This document shows positions 42,548 through 52,299 of a stretch of 64,000 nt of DNA, piece after piece. The stretch comes from Paramoeba atlantica (Eukaryota; Protista; Discosea). How positions within the stretch are numbered: the first letter of the stretch is position 1; every line of letters starts with the position of its first letter. Made by a program: the position numbers and the translations under genes. Location of the stretch: assembly GCA_977017575.1 (NCBI GenBank), contig CDRNVI010000002.1:124001-188000 (forward strand), given 5' to 3'. The notes beneath the pieces were generated by a model. The model searched no databases. It was not told the origin of the DNA and saw nothing but the letters and a program-made list of their open reading frames with translations.

Positions 42548-45500
42548 TTATAACCCCAACAAAGTTGGCAGTGTTTTCCATCCTTCGGCAAGTGAATATC
42601 GGATACTTGTGCGTACATGTTCCGCCAACTTTTTATCTTTAGTATTAAGCCAAATTGAACACTCGTTCGTGATATATGAAACATTCTCATCAAATTCAGT
42701 AGAAAGCAAGAAATGGCGCCATAAATATCCGACCAACACGGAAACAACTTCATGAACTAATGCTGAAAATAGAACGTCGCATCGAAATCCGGACGGCTCT
42801 GATTTCATTTCTTGATTCGCAGAGCTACGTTTTTGTTCTATGCAGTCAAGCCGTGATTCAGAATCGTTCGTTTTCACAGGGTATACATTCCTTGTGTGAC
42901 ATTCCCGCAACCCACGCATGGAAAAACAACCTCCGGAAGGAAGATACAGAAATAAAGGTTCATCAGGATCAGAGTTGGTGTCTGTAGCACACGTAAGAGA
43001 TGGCCAGCAATACGGGTTAGTAGTGCTATTCCGCGAAAATGATGAAATAAGACTTTTTAACACAGCAGGCTTCAATTTTGAGAAGTAAAGTGCCAGAAGA
43101 GATCTTCGAAGCCAGATTTCAAAAGATTCATATTTTCTAACTTGTCCTGAGACATCCAAAGCAGAAAAAGTTTCAAACAAAATATCGAGTTCAACCCAAT
43201 TTCGTTCATCAGGGATCGAAACGTCACAGCGTTCGATACACGAATCCTTTCTACCGTAACTCACAGTACTCATTTTCTCAGGGGTGGGTGCAAACTCGAG
43301 TCCTTGAAGTAGACCTACATTTTGTGACATGAAGGGTACAAAATATATCGATTTCACGGAATTTTGGAAAGTACACTTACCCACCGGAATTATGGATGGA
43401 GAAATAGAGGTGCTAAAGCGGGTTGATGTCTGAGAATTACAAGCGTCATTGTATGCGACTAGAAGATTGGGAACTTCGAACAATTTACTTTTCTCCCCCA
43501 CCTGCTTCAGTCTTGGGCCGGGATATGCATCCCTTTTAGTCTCAGCGCTTGTACTCTGTAGAAAGTGACGACGTAGTACGGTATCGTAAAAACAAATAAG
43601 ATCAGCGCTCAAGGAACAGCCTTTTAGCGCACGCTGCAGAAGAACTCTCAGAAAACAGTTGGGTGTAGAAGTGCGCACTTGATGAGCTGATTCTTTAAAG
43701 CGTTCATCTGTGTGAGTGGTATCTTTTCTTCCGTGTCCTATTGTACCAGGTAAAGTAATATAAAAATCAGAAGAAATACATCTTCTCGCGTTGTCATCTC
43801 TAGAAAGATATCTCCCTATGTAACGCAATATTGCAGTAGCCAAGTCTAGTCCCTGATCACTCGCATTCCTAGTAGACATCATTCCTTCTCGTATAGTGCT
43901 CTTGACAGGACACGTCATTCGCCGACCACCAGCTGCGTTTTGAGGCACCGAAAGAGGAGAAAACTCTTTAATGGAATTAGTAGAAAGATCAATCATGTCC
44001 AAAATATCACACGGCATACAAAGTAGAACTACGCATCCCGTAGCCGCCGAAAAAGTAGAACGAAGACATGATTTTTGAGAATAATCTGAAGTTTTTCGAG
44101 CAACATCCCTCTCAACTCCTTCCAGTTCACTGGAACGCATTGACACATTCGAATTAGTTGGTGCACAAGTGGAATTGCACGGATAAATCTCTGGAAGAAA
44201 ATCAAGAAGTTTTTCGTAGGCACTGTTCGAAAAACAGCTACGGACGAGGTCTTTACTCGTGTCGTACGGCTCATATACAATAATGAATCGCATCGCTCTG
44301 GAATTACACGTAATCTGTTGAAATATATTTAAAAGATAATCAGAAAAACCCTTGCGCTCGTAGACAAGAAAGCGATCATTCTTATTATTGGACTCCCGAG
44401 TGAAAGGACAATCGCTTAGTTTGATATTTTGAGACCGGTTGCTGCGGGCACAGCGAAAATTCGCAAAGTTCGATGGTTCGCCGATAAGATTTTTAGAAAG
44501 TGCGCATCCTGGACGACAGAGAAGTACTTCATACTGCTCCATCCTTTCCGTCGAACCTGCGCCGTCAAACTTCTTGGCAGCGTAGAGATGAAGAGATCTC
44601 TCATTCCACCTTGAAGATGTGAATGAATCAAGTCCCAAAGCAACTTTGAAAAAGGGAATGGCTACGTGATTGAAAAACTCGGTAGACCAAATTCCTCCCG
44701 AGCAGAGAGTAAGCTGAAGCACTGCAGAATATTTGCAGAACGAAGTAAGATTTCGGTGTTGAATCGGCAGCGATGCCGGGAGCCGAGAACTAGGCTGATT
44801 AGTCTGCAAAGCCTCCACACGCAAGGTAGGGTTACCCCTCGCGCGGTATTCGCCACCCGAAAAGATCTTTGAAACAAAGTCGAGATCAAATAAGAGTGCA
44901 GAAGGCGATATTTCTTTTGCCTTTCTTAACTTCCTTTCCATCCTTGACAAGAATTCACAATCGTCCTTGCTTTTTTTCTTCGAACGTTCAAACGCTTTTT
45001 TCAATATTTTCGTAGTCATAGTTTCTATGTCACATTCTCCTGAAGGGGCACAGCTTTGGCTTTTATGCAATCGATATGCTAATACGCAATCCATACGCGA
45101 GGAGAGAACACGAAGTTGATGAGAAGCATGAGCGAAATGAATTTGTGCGTAAACCATTTTCTTCAACTGCTCAAGATGACGAACCAATGCGTCTGAAATA
45201 CATTCTTTGGCAGTCGAATACGTTTCGCCAGTAGAAAGTTCATGCCCCCCTAAGACATATGAGGCGAAATTCACGTCCCAGACCCTACCTCCATGCAGGA
45301 AAAAATAATCTAGTCTAAGTGGGGTCCAAAGAAAATGCAATAAACTACGTAGGTTCGTGCCTGCTATAACCGTGCATGGTGTCAACAGAGATTGTAACTG
45401 TTCACTATCCTTCGATGCAATCGCAATTTCGCTAATCTTAATTTGCAAAACAGTGTTCTCATTACTCAGAACGACCAGCGTAAACTCAGGATTAATTTTC

Positions 45501-47251
45501 TGCTTCCCTTCCTTGTCCGTGCAATCATGCTTCTTTTGTAGATATACAACTAGTAAGTTACTATAGGCGAGCAATTCCTTGTCTTGCAGTCTGCCTCGAT
45601 CAGACTGCATCCAACTCAAGCGAATGTATTCCATAAATGCAGAAGCATATTGATCTCGATACGGTCGAAGCTTTCGTGTGGATGGAAACATGGAACTGGA
45701 ACGCAAAAGCTTACGGGGATTCCCCATGGCTTTCGTAAGTTCCTTTTCCGGAACTTCCGAACACTGTTCAGAAATCGTTTCTTGATTTGCTAGCGTTTCC
45801 TCCAATGCAGGCTCTGAATAAACAGCTGCAGCGGCTTGCCTTTGAACGCATTCATATTGGGCATGTAGAATACGGTTGGGCGATACAGCGCAAGACAATT
45901 TTTTCCACACGATCTGAGCGTGCATAAGGGGATTGGGATCCAATTGAGCTTTCCGGGCCCTCTTCCCAGGCAAGACATTAGCACAATCGGTTGTGATTAC
46001 ATTGTTTGTGCTTGACACACCTTCAAAATCGCATTGCTTAGTGTGCTTCAAGGGTTCGGCCTTCGCCTCTTCTACATTTCTTTGATGTTCAAGTTTAGCA
46101 TCAGATGAACACAAAGAGAATTTCATCCCTGTAGATGGTGACCACTGCCGATGTTTGTGTCCCGCTTTTAGATACTGTGAGGCAGCCAGAAAGCGCTCTA
46201 CTGGAAGTACATGTAACACTCGAAAGATTGTGTGTTCGTTCAACTTCTGCACGATGCCGCCAATTTCCCGTACGTCAACGTCTTCGCAAAAGATGGGCAA
46301 TTTTAAAGGATGAAACTTAGACTTCTCGTCCTCTTTTGTAATAAAACCTCCACAATCTGCGGAATCATGTTTCGTATCATTTTGGGGGAACGCGCCTTCA
46401 GCTGTATCCACTGCCGCAATTGGAATCAAGACTATATTACACGGCACTGTATATTTAAGGCGCAAACATTCGTAGACTTGTGCAACGGCACCGCTGAAAT
46501 TCGATTTCTTTTCTACTATATCGGCCTTTTGTGGAGAGGAGCCGTGAACTAGAGTGCCTTCAGTACTGCCTTCTGACAAGCGGCGGTACCGGAATAGACA
46601 TACGTGTAGTGGCCACCAAATATGACTGTAAAATTCTCGATCAGTGAATTTCAAAGCGCGTACTAAGCGGGCAATTATTTCAGCTTTTTCGCGTGCTGTG
46701 GTGTCCAGGATAAAGTCCTGAGAAAAGTTCGATTTTTGCAACGGTTGTTTTTCTTGTTGTGCACTTGATGGAATGTTATTGCAGTTGACTGTTTCGGTCG
46801 AGTTTTCTGCACTACTTTCTCCTATATTGTAACCGATACCCGGGGTTGGTTCGACTATTTGATCTTTCAAATTCTCCAGCGGACGATTGCCCTCCATGAT
46901 TTCCACCAGAAGTTTCACTTTGCTTGGTAGTTCAGACTTTTGCTGTACCATTGTGAAAATATCTACTAGAAATGGTGTTTCGAGAAGAGAAGCTGCCGTA
47001 ATAACTGGACTCCAAATTTTATACGGCAATATCATGGCTGTTGCACCTCTCGCATTCATTGCTTGACGATGTATCCATTGTTGAACAGCACAAACTGTAA
47101 GCTTCTGAGAAACATTAAAAACAAAGCTTTCTTGAGATCTAACGTGGTGTACAGCCATTTCACTCGGGTTTTTGCCATTCCACCCCAAAGTAAATATCGT
47201 TGCCGTGGGTAGCATTCCTACTCGGAACCTCTGCTTTTGCCCTCCGAACAT
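42548..47251 (-). CDS. highly degenerate relative of kinetoplast DNA polymerases Pol IB/IC/ID, catalytic motifs lost
   Basis: Exonuclease-region signature VIAGTNLRSLLHFLW...FFLHGGRVWDVNFASYVLGG...AQIHFA...QLRVLSSRMDCVL and C-terminal HEVVSVLVGYLWRHFL...YITNECSIWL. These align by recall to GHNIKFDLLYLW / FLxRGGRVWCTMxAEYLL / RMDGLL and EIVQxMLGRLWRHFL...NTVHDCVW. Confidence 0.7.
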   Translation of the reverse strand: MFGGQKQRFRVGMLPTATIFTLGWNGKNPSEMAVHHVRSQESFVFNVSQKLTVCAVQQWIHRQAMNARGATAMILPYKIWSPVITAASLLETPFLVDIFTMVQQKSELPSKVKLLVEIMEGNRPLENLKDQIVEPTPGIGYNIGESSAENSTETVNCNNIPSSAQQEKQPLQKSNFSQDFILDTTAREKAEIIARLVRALKFTDREFYSHIWWPLHVCLFRYRRLSEGSTEGTLVHGSSPQKADIVEKKSNFSGAVAQVYECLRLKYTVPCNIVLIPIAAVDTAEGAFPQNDTKHDSADCGGFITKEDEKSKFHPLKLPIFCEDVDVREIGGIVQKLNEHTIFRVLHVLPVERFLAASQYLKAGHKHRQWSPSTGMKFSLCSSDAKLEHQRNVEEAKAEPLKHTKQCDFEGVSSTNNVITTDCANVLPGKRARKAQLDPNPLMHAQIVWKKLSCAVSPNRILHAQYECVQRQAAAAVYSEPALEETLANQETISEQCSEVPEKELTKAMGNPRKLLRSSSMFPSTRKLRPYRDQYASAFMEYIRLSWMQSDRGRLQDKELLAYSNLLVVYLQKKHDCTDKEGKQKINPEFTLVVLSNENTVLQIKISEIAIASKDSEQLQSLLTPCTVIAGTNLRSLLHFLWTPLRLDYFFLHGGRVWDVNFASYVLGGHELSTGETYSTAKECISDALVRHLEQLKKMVYAQIHFAHASHQLRVLSSRMDCVLAYRLHKSQSCAPSGECDIETMTTKILKKAFERSKKKSKDDCEFLSRMERKLRKAKEISPSALLFDLDFVSKIFSGGEYRARGNPTLRVEALQTNQPSSRLPASLPIQHRNLTSFCKYSAVLQLTLCSGGIWSTEFFNHVAIPFFKVALGLDSFTSSRWNERSLHLYAAKKFDGAGSTERMEQYEVLLCRPGCALSKNLIGEPSNFANFRCARSNRSQNIKLSDCPFTRESNNKNDRFLVYERKGFSDYLLNIFQQITCNSRAMRFIIVYEPYDTSKDLVRSCFSNSAYEKLLDFLPEIYPCNSTCAPTNSNVSMRSSELEGVERDVARKTSDYSQKSCLRSTFSAATGCVVLLCMPCDILDMIDLSTNSIKEFSPLSVPQNAAGGRRMTCPVKSTIREGMMSTRNASDQGLDLATAILRYIGRYLSRDDNARRCISSDFYITLPGTIGHGRKDTTHTDERFKESAHQVRTSTPNCFLRVLLQRALKGCSLSADLICFYDTVLRRHFLQSTSAETKRDAYPGPRLKQVGEKSKLFEVPNLLVAYNDACNSQTSTRFSTSISPSIIPVGKCTFQNSVKSIYFVPFMSQNVGLLQGLEFAPTPEKMSTVSYGRKDSCIERCDVSIPDERNWVELDILFETFSALDVSGQVRKYESFEIWLRRSLLALYFSKLKPAVLKSLISSFSRNSTTNPYCWPSLTCATDTNSDPDEPLFLYLPSGGCFSMRGLRECHTRNVYPVKTNDSESRLDCIEQKRSSANQEMKSEPSGFRCDVLFSALVHEVVSVLVGYLWRHFLLSTEFDENVSYITNECSIWLNTKDKKLAEHVRTSIRYSLAEGWKTLPTLLGL

Positions 47252-47634
47252 ACGTGTATGAACTTCCGATAGAAAACCGTAGGAAGGCAAAAGGCACTTG
47301 TTGTATCGAATTTTTACCTCTTATGTGAAAGATTTAAGCATAATTATTGCAATTCTTCTTATTATCTTCTTCTTCTTATCTGACAGTCATAAATATACAA
47401 ACACGCATAAAGATTCCTTTACAAGCCTTGTCGAAATGAGTTTTGCAAGTGAGATTTCATTGATGTTCGAATACATGATATGTACTGATGACGCCCCTCT
47501 AACACTGTCAAAATATTCAAAAGTAAAATGCATCAAGGGAGTAAAGTATTCTCAGATACTTAGAAGAGCATGTGGCTAAACACCACGAAGGCATAAAACA
47601 CAATGCATATCACAGAGTATGATTGCCCGAAATT

Positions 47635-49188
47635 TTATTGAGCTTCCGTCTTGAATGACGAAAACCAGGCACGCGCCGTTGTAAGAAGTTCCTGACATCT
47701 GCAAACCTCCGAAAAATTAGGACGATGTGTCCGAACAGGAATTGTGTGAACTCGGGGATCGCTTAGTTCAATCGGACAACCTGAATAGCGCAAAATATTA
47801 CGGTTTGCCGGACCAGGAACGCCTAACAGAAGCAAAGAACACTTTTGAATGTGTTCCCCCCATTCCTCCAATGTTGTACGGATATCTTCAATCCAACGTG
47901 TCTCTTGGCTTCGTCGTATTTGAGTCCCCGCACTACGGCCACAGTGACCTGCACTGGACTCATGAGTGCTCTGCCTACCGCCTTGCCCTTTTCTAACAAC
48001 GTAGCGCTCAAAAGTTCGATGAACATGACAGGTCTTTCCATGAAATATCCCTCCGGAAAAATAACCCCCGTGAAATAAAACAATACACCAGGGAGAGGTA
48101 CTTAGCTCAGAGAGAGTTGAAAACAAATCAGGCAACTTGGGGTTCTTATCGGCGTGTAATTGAGCATTTACTTGGCGTAGATACTCTGTCTGAGTCAAAC
48201 ACTTAACGTCCTCGTGCGCTGCTGCATTGTACAAGCTGCTGCCTTCTTCTATTGGTGTGTAAGGGTCGGTACTATTGTCGATCGATCTAGATTTATCATT
48301 TTGAGAAATGCCTTCTAAGTTCGTGTCGCTTTCTCCAGGACTCGAGTAAGAACTCTGAAAACACCTCTGCAATGCGATACGCAACAAAAAAGTGTGGAGC
48401 TCTAGAACAAGAATATATTCTCTAGCCTCGTCTGCATTGGGAGATGCCAGATCACTCAATACACATACAATTTGCTCTGAAATCTCAGATGAAGCGCTAA
48501 TATCAATTCTGGAATTAAGTGTAAAATAGCAACGAATTAGAGCAGAATCTGTCACTGCCTCTACGTGACTCAAAGCCTTTATAGAGTGTACTGTACCTGC
48601 AGAATCGCGTATATAAATTTGATTATCATGATCAGGTAACGTCTGTTTACATCTAATGTGACTCGGGCTCCATAATCCCCACAAGGGAAAAACTTTTCTT
48701 GCACAATCGTTTTTCTGCGCTAAAATGTCGAGAAAAGATTTATGCATGTGTGGTCTAAGGTCCGCTTTTCCTTTAAACGGAGATTCAAACTCATAGAGAG
48801 GATGTCCCCTATCGAGTTTGTTCGTCGAATTGTCTGTTTGTAAAAAATTGTGAGCAGTGGTTCTTTTCTGGTTTAAAGCGTGTTGATTTTTAAGACTTTG
48901 ATTTTGGAGCAGCAGCTCCGCGGTGTCCGTTCTCTCTCTTAAACCGGCACGTTGACCTTTTTTTAGATTCCTGGCTTGCCCTGCCTTTTTTCGCGACAAT
49001 TTTTCTTCGGTCTGTAGGCGTTGAATAACCTCCCGGTCTTCTTCGGTCATAATGTTTTCCGTATGTGTTTGAGCCACACTTTTATCGAAATCAATTGCGG
49101 AAGAAAGAGAGGTACGTGACGCTTGCTTTGCTGCTTCATACTTTTCTGCCAAAAGTTGGCGCACTTTTTGAAGCTCAGTCCAAACCAT
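47635..49188 (-). CDS. VMS1: Vms1/ANKZF1-like protein with C-terminal VLRF1 (eRF1-like) domain
   Basis: WCIVLFHGGYFSGGIF...HRTFERYVVRKGQGGRQS...SAGTQIRRSQE...DPRVHTIPVRTHRPNFSEV. First ATG at 49188. Confidence 0.82.
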   Translation of the reverse strand: MVWTELQKVRQLLAEKYEAAKQASRTSLSSAIDFDKSVAQTHTENIMTEEDREVIQRLQTEEKLSRKKAGQARNLKKGQRAGLRERTDTAELLLQNQSLKNQHALNQKRTTAHNFLQTDNSTNKLDRGHPLYEFESPFKGKADLRPHMHKSFLDILAQKNDCARKVFPLWGLWSPSHIRCKQTLPDHDNQIYIRDSAGTVHSIKALSHVEAVTDSALIRCYFTLNSRIDISASSEISEQIVCVLSDLASPNADEAREYILVLELHTFLLRIALQRCFQSSYSSPGESDTNLEGISQNDKSRSIDNSTDPYTPIEEGSSLYNAAAHEDVKCLTQTEYLRQVNAQLHADKNPKLPDLFSTLSELSTSPWCIVLFHGGYFSGGIFHGKTCHVHRTFERYVVRKGQGGRQSTHESSAGHCGRSAGTQIRRSQETRWIEDIRTTLEEWGEHIQKCSLLLLGVPGPANRNILRYSGCPIELSDPRVHTIPVRTHRPNFSEVCRCQELLTTARAWFSSFKTEAQ

Positions 49189-50491
49189 AAGGAAGTAAAT
49201 CTGCTGGATGCTAATGAAGACACTATTGTTTGTAAATATGGGATATACCAAGACAGGAGCGCACGCTATTCATGACAAATCAAACTTTGCGCACAAATAC
49301 TATAATTTTGGGTACAGATGGTTCAAAAAAAGAGTTTAGAATTTGATATCGGAGCTCTCAAGCCTCAAAATCACATTTTTGATGTACTTCAACAATTGCG
49401 TATAATCTATACGTAATGGTTTCATAATAAAAAATTTAAATGGTTCTTAATATGGTTCACAATGGAGGTTCCGGGGTCGAGTGAAATTACAATCACCTCT
49501 CTAAAAAACTCTAAAAACACCTTGATTCACTCTAAGCATGTCACTTCAACTTCTTGACTTACTTGCTTCTTGAGAAATCAAGTTAGTGTTGTTCTTCTGT
49601 TGCATAGGATGAAAAATGATCAGAAATGTCATCAAATCTTCAGCGACACCTTCCTCACCAGGCGATGACCCAGATTGGACATTGATTCCTCCATTGACTC
49701 CAGCGAAAATTCTCTAATCAGTGAGCATAAATGGAGTGGAGACGGGCTTGTGGCGCACGAGCAGTCATCTGGTAACATATAGGCTCGTAGAGGCACTAAA
49801 TAGAGGCACTACGTTCGTAGAGGCACTAAGATCTCGGAGAGGATGGAGCGTCTATGAGGACACTGCAAAAATAAAGGCAAACGTGTAATTTCGGTCGAAG
49901 TGAAACTAGTATGAACCCCTCTCTTCTCAGGAAAACTATGATCTTGTGGAGGATGAGTTCATAGGCAAAGGTACCACACAAGAAACGGAAACCGCCCGTA
50001 AGAAAGACGACCAGAGGACTCCACCTTGGCGTTCCGGCCTACAGAACCTCCGTACTAACCCCCCCACAGACTCATTAATTCATGAAAATACTGAAAATAA
50101 TACGCTGGCCATCCCCGAACTCACATCTAATGAAGTGCGGAGAAATGAAACAATGGAACGCACTCTTCGTAGGCGAATCGAACGCCTGCAAGAGAAACTA
50201 CGTTTACGTATCCAATAACTAAACCTTGTTAGCCGCAGCGGCAAGCAAGAGGCACGGTATGAAGAGCTGACCTACTTCTTCAAAATCAAAGCATCAATTT
50301 ATTAGTATTCCAATAAACCGTAAAGACGCTGCTTCTGCAAAATCTACACTCTTCAACGCTAGTAGTTTAAAAAAGACCAAAGGAGCCACTAAAACTAAAA
50401 TTTCTTGGAAAAAATAAAAGAAGCTTTTGGTCAATATTTACTACTTACTTACTACAATAGCAACGGACAATTCATCAATTGGATTGAGACA

Positions 50492-51952
50492 CTACTTAGC
50501 CATTTGGGCGCGCTTGTGAATTACGAAGGGTGGAACGCCACGTACCATTGGCTTTTTCCCAGATACAATATCCAAAGCATGTAAATCAATATAGGGAATC
50601 GGATGTTTCGGCAAGAATGCAAACAATGATTTCGCGTTCCAAGTGCTGCTACAAACTGATTGAATCCCATCTACAGACGCTTTAGTGATACCCGTCCGGG
50701 CCCTTTCAGAGGGGCGTGCAGAAATGCGCACTTCTTCATTCTTCATTTCCTCCTCGGCTCGCATGTCTTCTGGTGGTCGCGATGAAAAAGAGAAAAATTC
50801 ACTCGAGCTCCCCAAAGCATCACAGTTTCGACGATCACGATCTTTTACCTCGCTCTTCCCCGCGTTTGCAGACCCAATCGTTTCCCCCTCAACCCTATCC
50901 ACCTCATCCCCCGAAACGTCACACAAATCCACCGTTCGGGTAACCCCCACCCCCTCCACCTGCCCCACCCTCCCCTCCACCCACTTCGCCGCCTCCAACG
51001 CCGCCCAATCCACCGCAGACCCTTTATCCACCGCACACAACCTCTCCCACCTCACCGCCTCAACCACCGCTCCCCCACCCCCCCTTCCCCCAATCCCCCC
51101 GATCGCTCCCCCACCCCTTCCCACCCCCTCCCCTCTCTCCTCCCCCCTCTCTCCCCCCGAACCTCTTCTTGTCCCGGTTCCACGTCCCCCTTCCTCCCTC
51201 CCCCCTCTCCCTCTCCCTCCCCCCACCCCCACCCCCACCCTCAAATACCCCCACCCCCCCTCCCCCCCTCCCACGCCCCTGCACCGCTGCATCGTGCGCT
51301 GCACCGCACACACCCCCGGGTGGGTACTCCACCACCACCACGAGCCCCCCGACACCCGCACGGCCCCCAGCGGCGTCGTCGGGTCATCCACCACCACCAG
51401 CAGGTCGCGGCAGCCCAGGTGGGGGTAGGCCGTGAGGAGGGCCTCGAGCGCGGGGTCCGGGGACCCACCGGGGAGAGGGGACAGCGGACGGCTGTTGTCG
51501 TTGTGGTTACGGTTGTTGTTATCGTTGTAGGGGTAGTAGTTCTGAGGAACCGTACTGGCCAGTACCGCCGCACAGGATCCCAGGAAGGGACAGAAGTAGC
51601 CGTGAAAGGGGTAGGGGGGTTGTTGGGGGTAGGGGTGTTGGGGTTGTTGTTGTTGTGGTCCGGGGGAGAGGGGGGGAGGGAAGGGGTATTGGAGTTTGCG
51701 TAAGGGGCTGTCGAGGGGGAGGGGTTTGAGGGCACGGGGGTGGGTGCGGGTTGGGGGATTTGTTGTGGGAAGTAAGGGGTTGGGGAGGGTGGGGTTGTGA
51801 AGGAGATCCCAGGGGTGGGTGTTGGCGTGGAGAAGGAGACGGAGGGCGGTGAGGGCGCCGAGGGAACGGGTGGGGTAGTGGTGGGGAGGGGAGGTTGTGG
51901 GGGAGGAGGTGCCAATACCGTAGACGAGTTTGGTGAAACGGGGTTCGGTCAT
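50492..51952 (-). CDS. hypothetical protein, Pro/Thr/His-rich N-half and Gly/Glu/Val-rich middle
   Basis: 486-aa ATG ORF on the cluster strand whose composition tracks the nucleotide skew. A 5' duplicate at 53556-53696 keeps the same start and frame. Confidence 0.6.
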   Translation of the reverse strand: MTEPRFTKLVYGIGTSSPTTSPPHHYPTRSLGALTALRLLLHANTHPWDLLHNPTLPNPLLPTTNPPTRTHPRALKPLPLDSPLRKLQYPFPPPLSPGPQQQQPQHPYPQQPPYPFHGYFCPFLGSCAAVLASTVPQNYYPYNDNNNRNHNDNSRPLSPLPGGSPDPALEALLTAYPHLGCRDLLVVVDDPTTPLGAVRVSGGSWWWWSTHPGVCAVQRTMQRCRGVGGGEGGWGYLRVGVGVGGGRGRGGREEGGRGTGTRRGSGGERGEERGEGVGRGGGAIGGIGGRGGGGAVVEAVRWERLCAVDKGSAVDWAALEAAKWVEGRVGQVEGVGVTRTVDLCDVSGDEVDRVEGETIGSANAGKSEVKDRDRRNCDALGSSSEFFSFSSRPPEDMRAEEEMKNEEVRISARPSERARTGITKASVDGIQSVCSSTWNAKSLFAFLPKHPIPYIDLHALDIVSGKKPMVRGVPPFVIHKRAQMAK

Positions 51953-52030
51953 GGGGAGAGAGGATGAGGGAGGGGAAAGAGGACGGGGGAAGGCGCCATG
52001 GGGGGTTGAATGTAAAGGAAGGAGATTTAC
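50860..52030. other. GC-skew-switch island 5 (switch near 51420)
   Basis: Extreme C-runs 50880-51400, extreme G-runs 51420-52020 on +. Confidence 0.88.
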
Positions 52031-52299
52031 TTTTCCATCTGTTTACAAAAGTTTTTGATAAAACAATCTCTTACATTGCTTTTTTACGATATTCTTATGG
52101 AATGGTGGTTTATTAGAAATTGCATCGGATGCCCAGCAAACCTGTTGGCAGGCTATCTCTCTATTGCCAGAGTGGAACACGTGCGTATCAATTTGCGACG
52201 AATATGAATTGAACACTGGGAATATCCTACCGAAGGAGAACAACACAGGTCGTTGATCAGAATATGAGCGTACACTGGTTTCGCTGAAGGCGAGTACTC

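Noticed and set aside
49788-50218. Triple TAGAGGCACTA repeat and a 90-aa plus-strand ORF
   Set aside because: No TIR, TSD or protein motif could be assigned. The ORF is antisense to the cluster. May be another element relic but unsupported.
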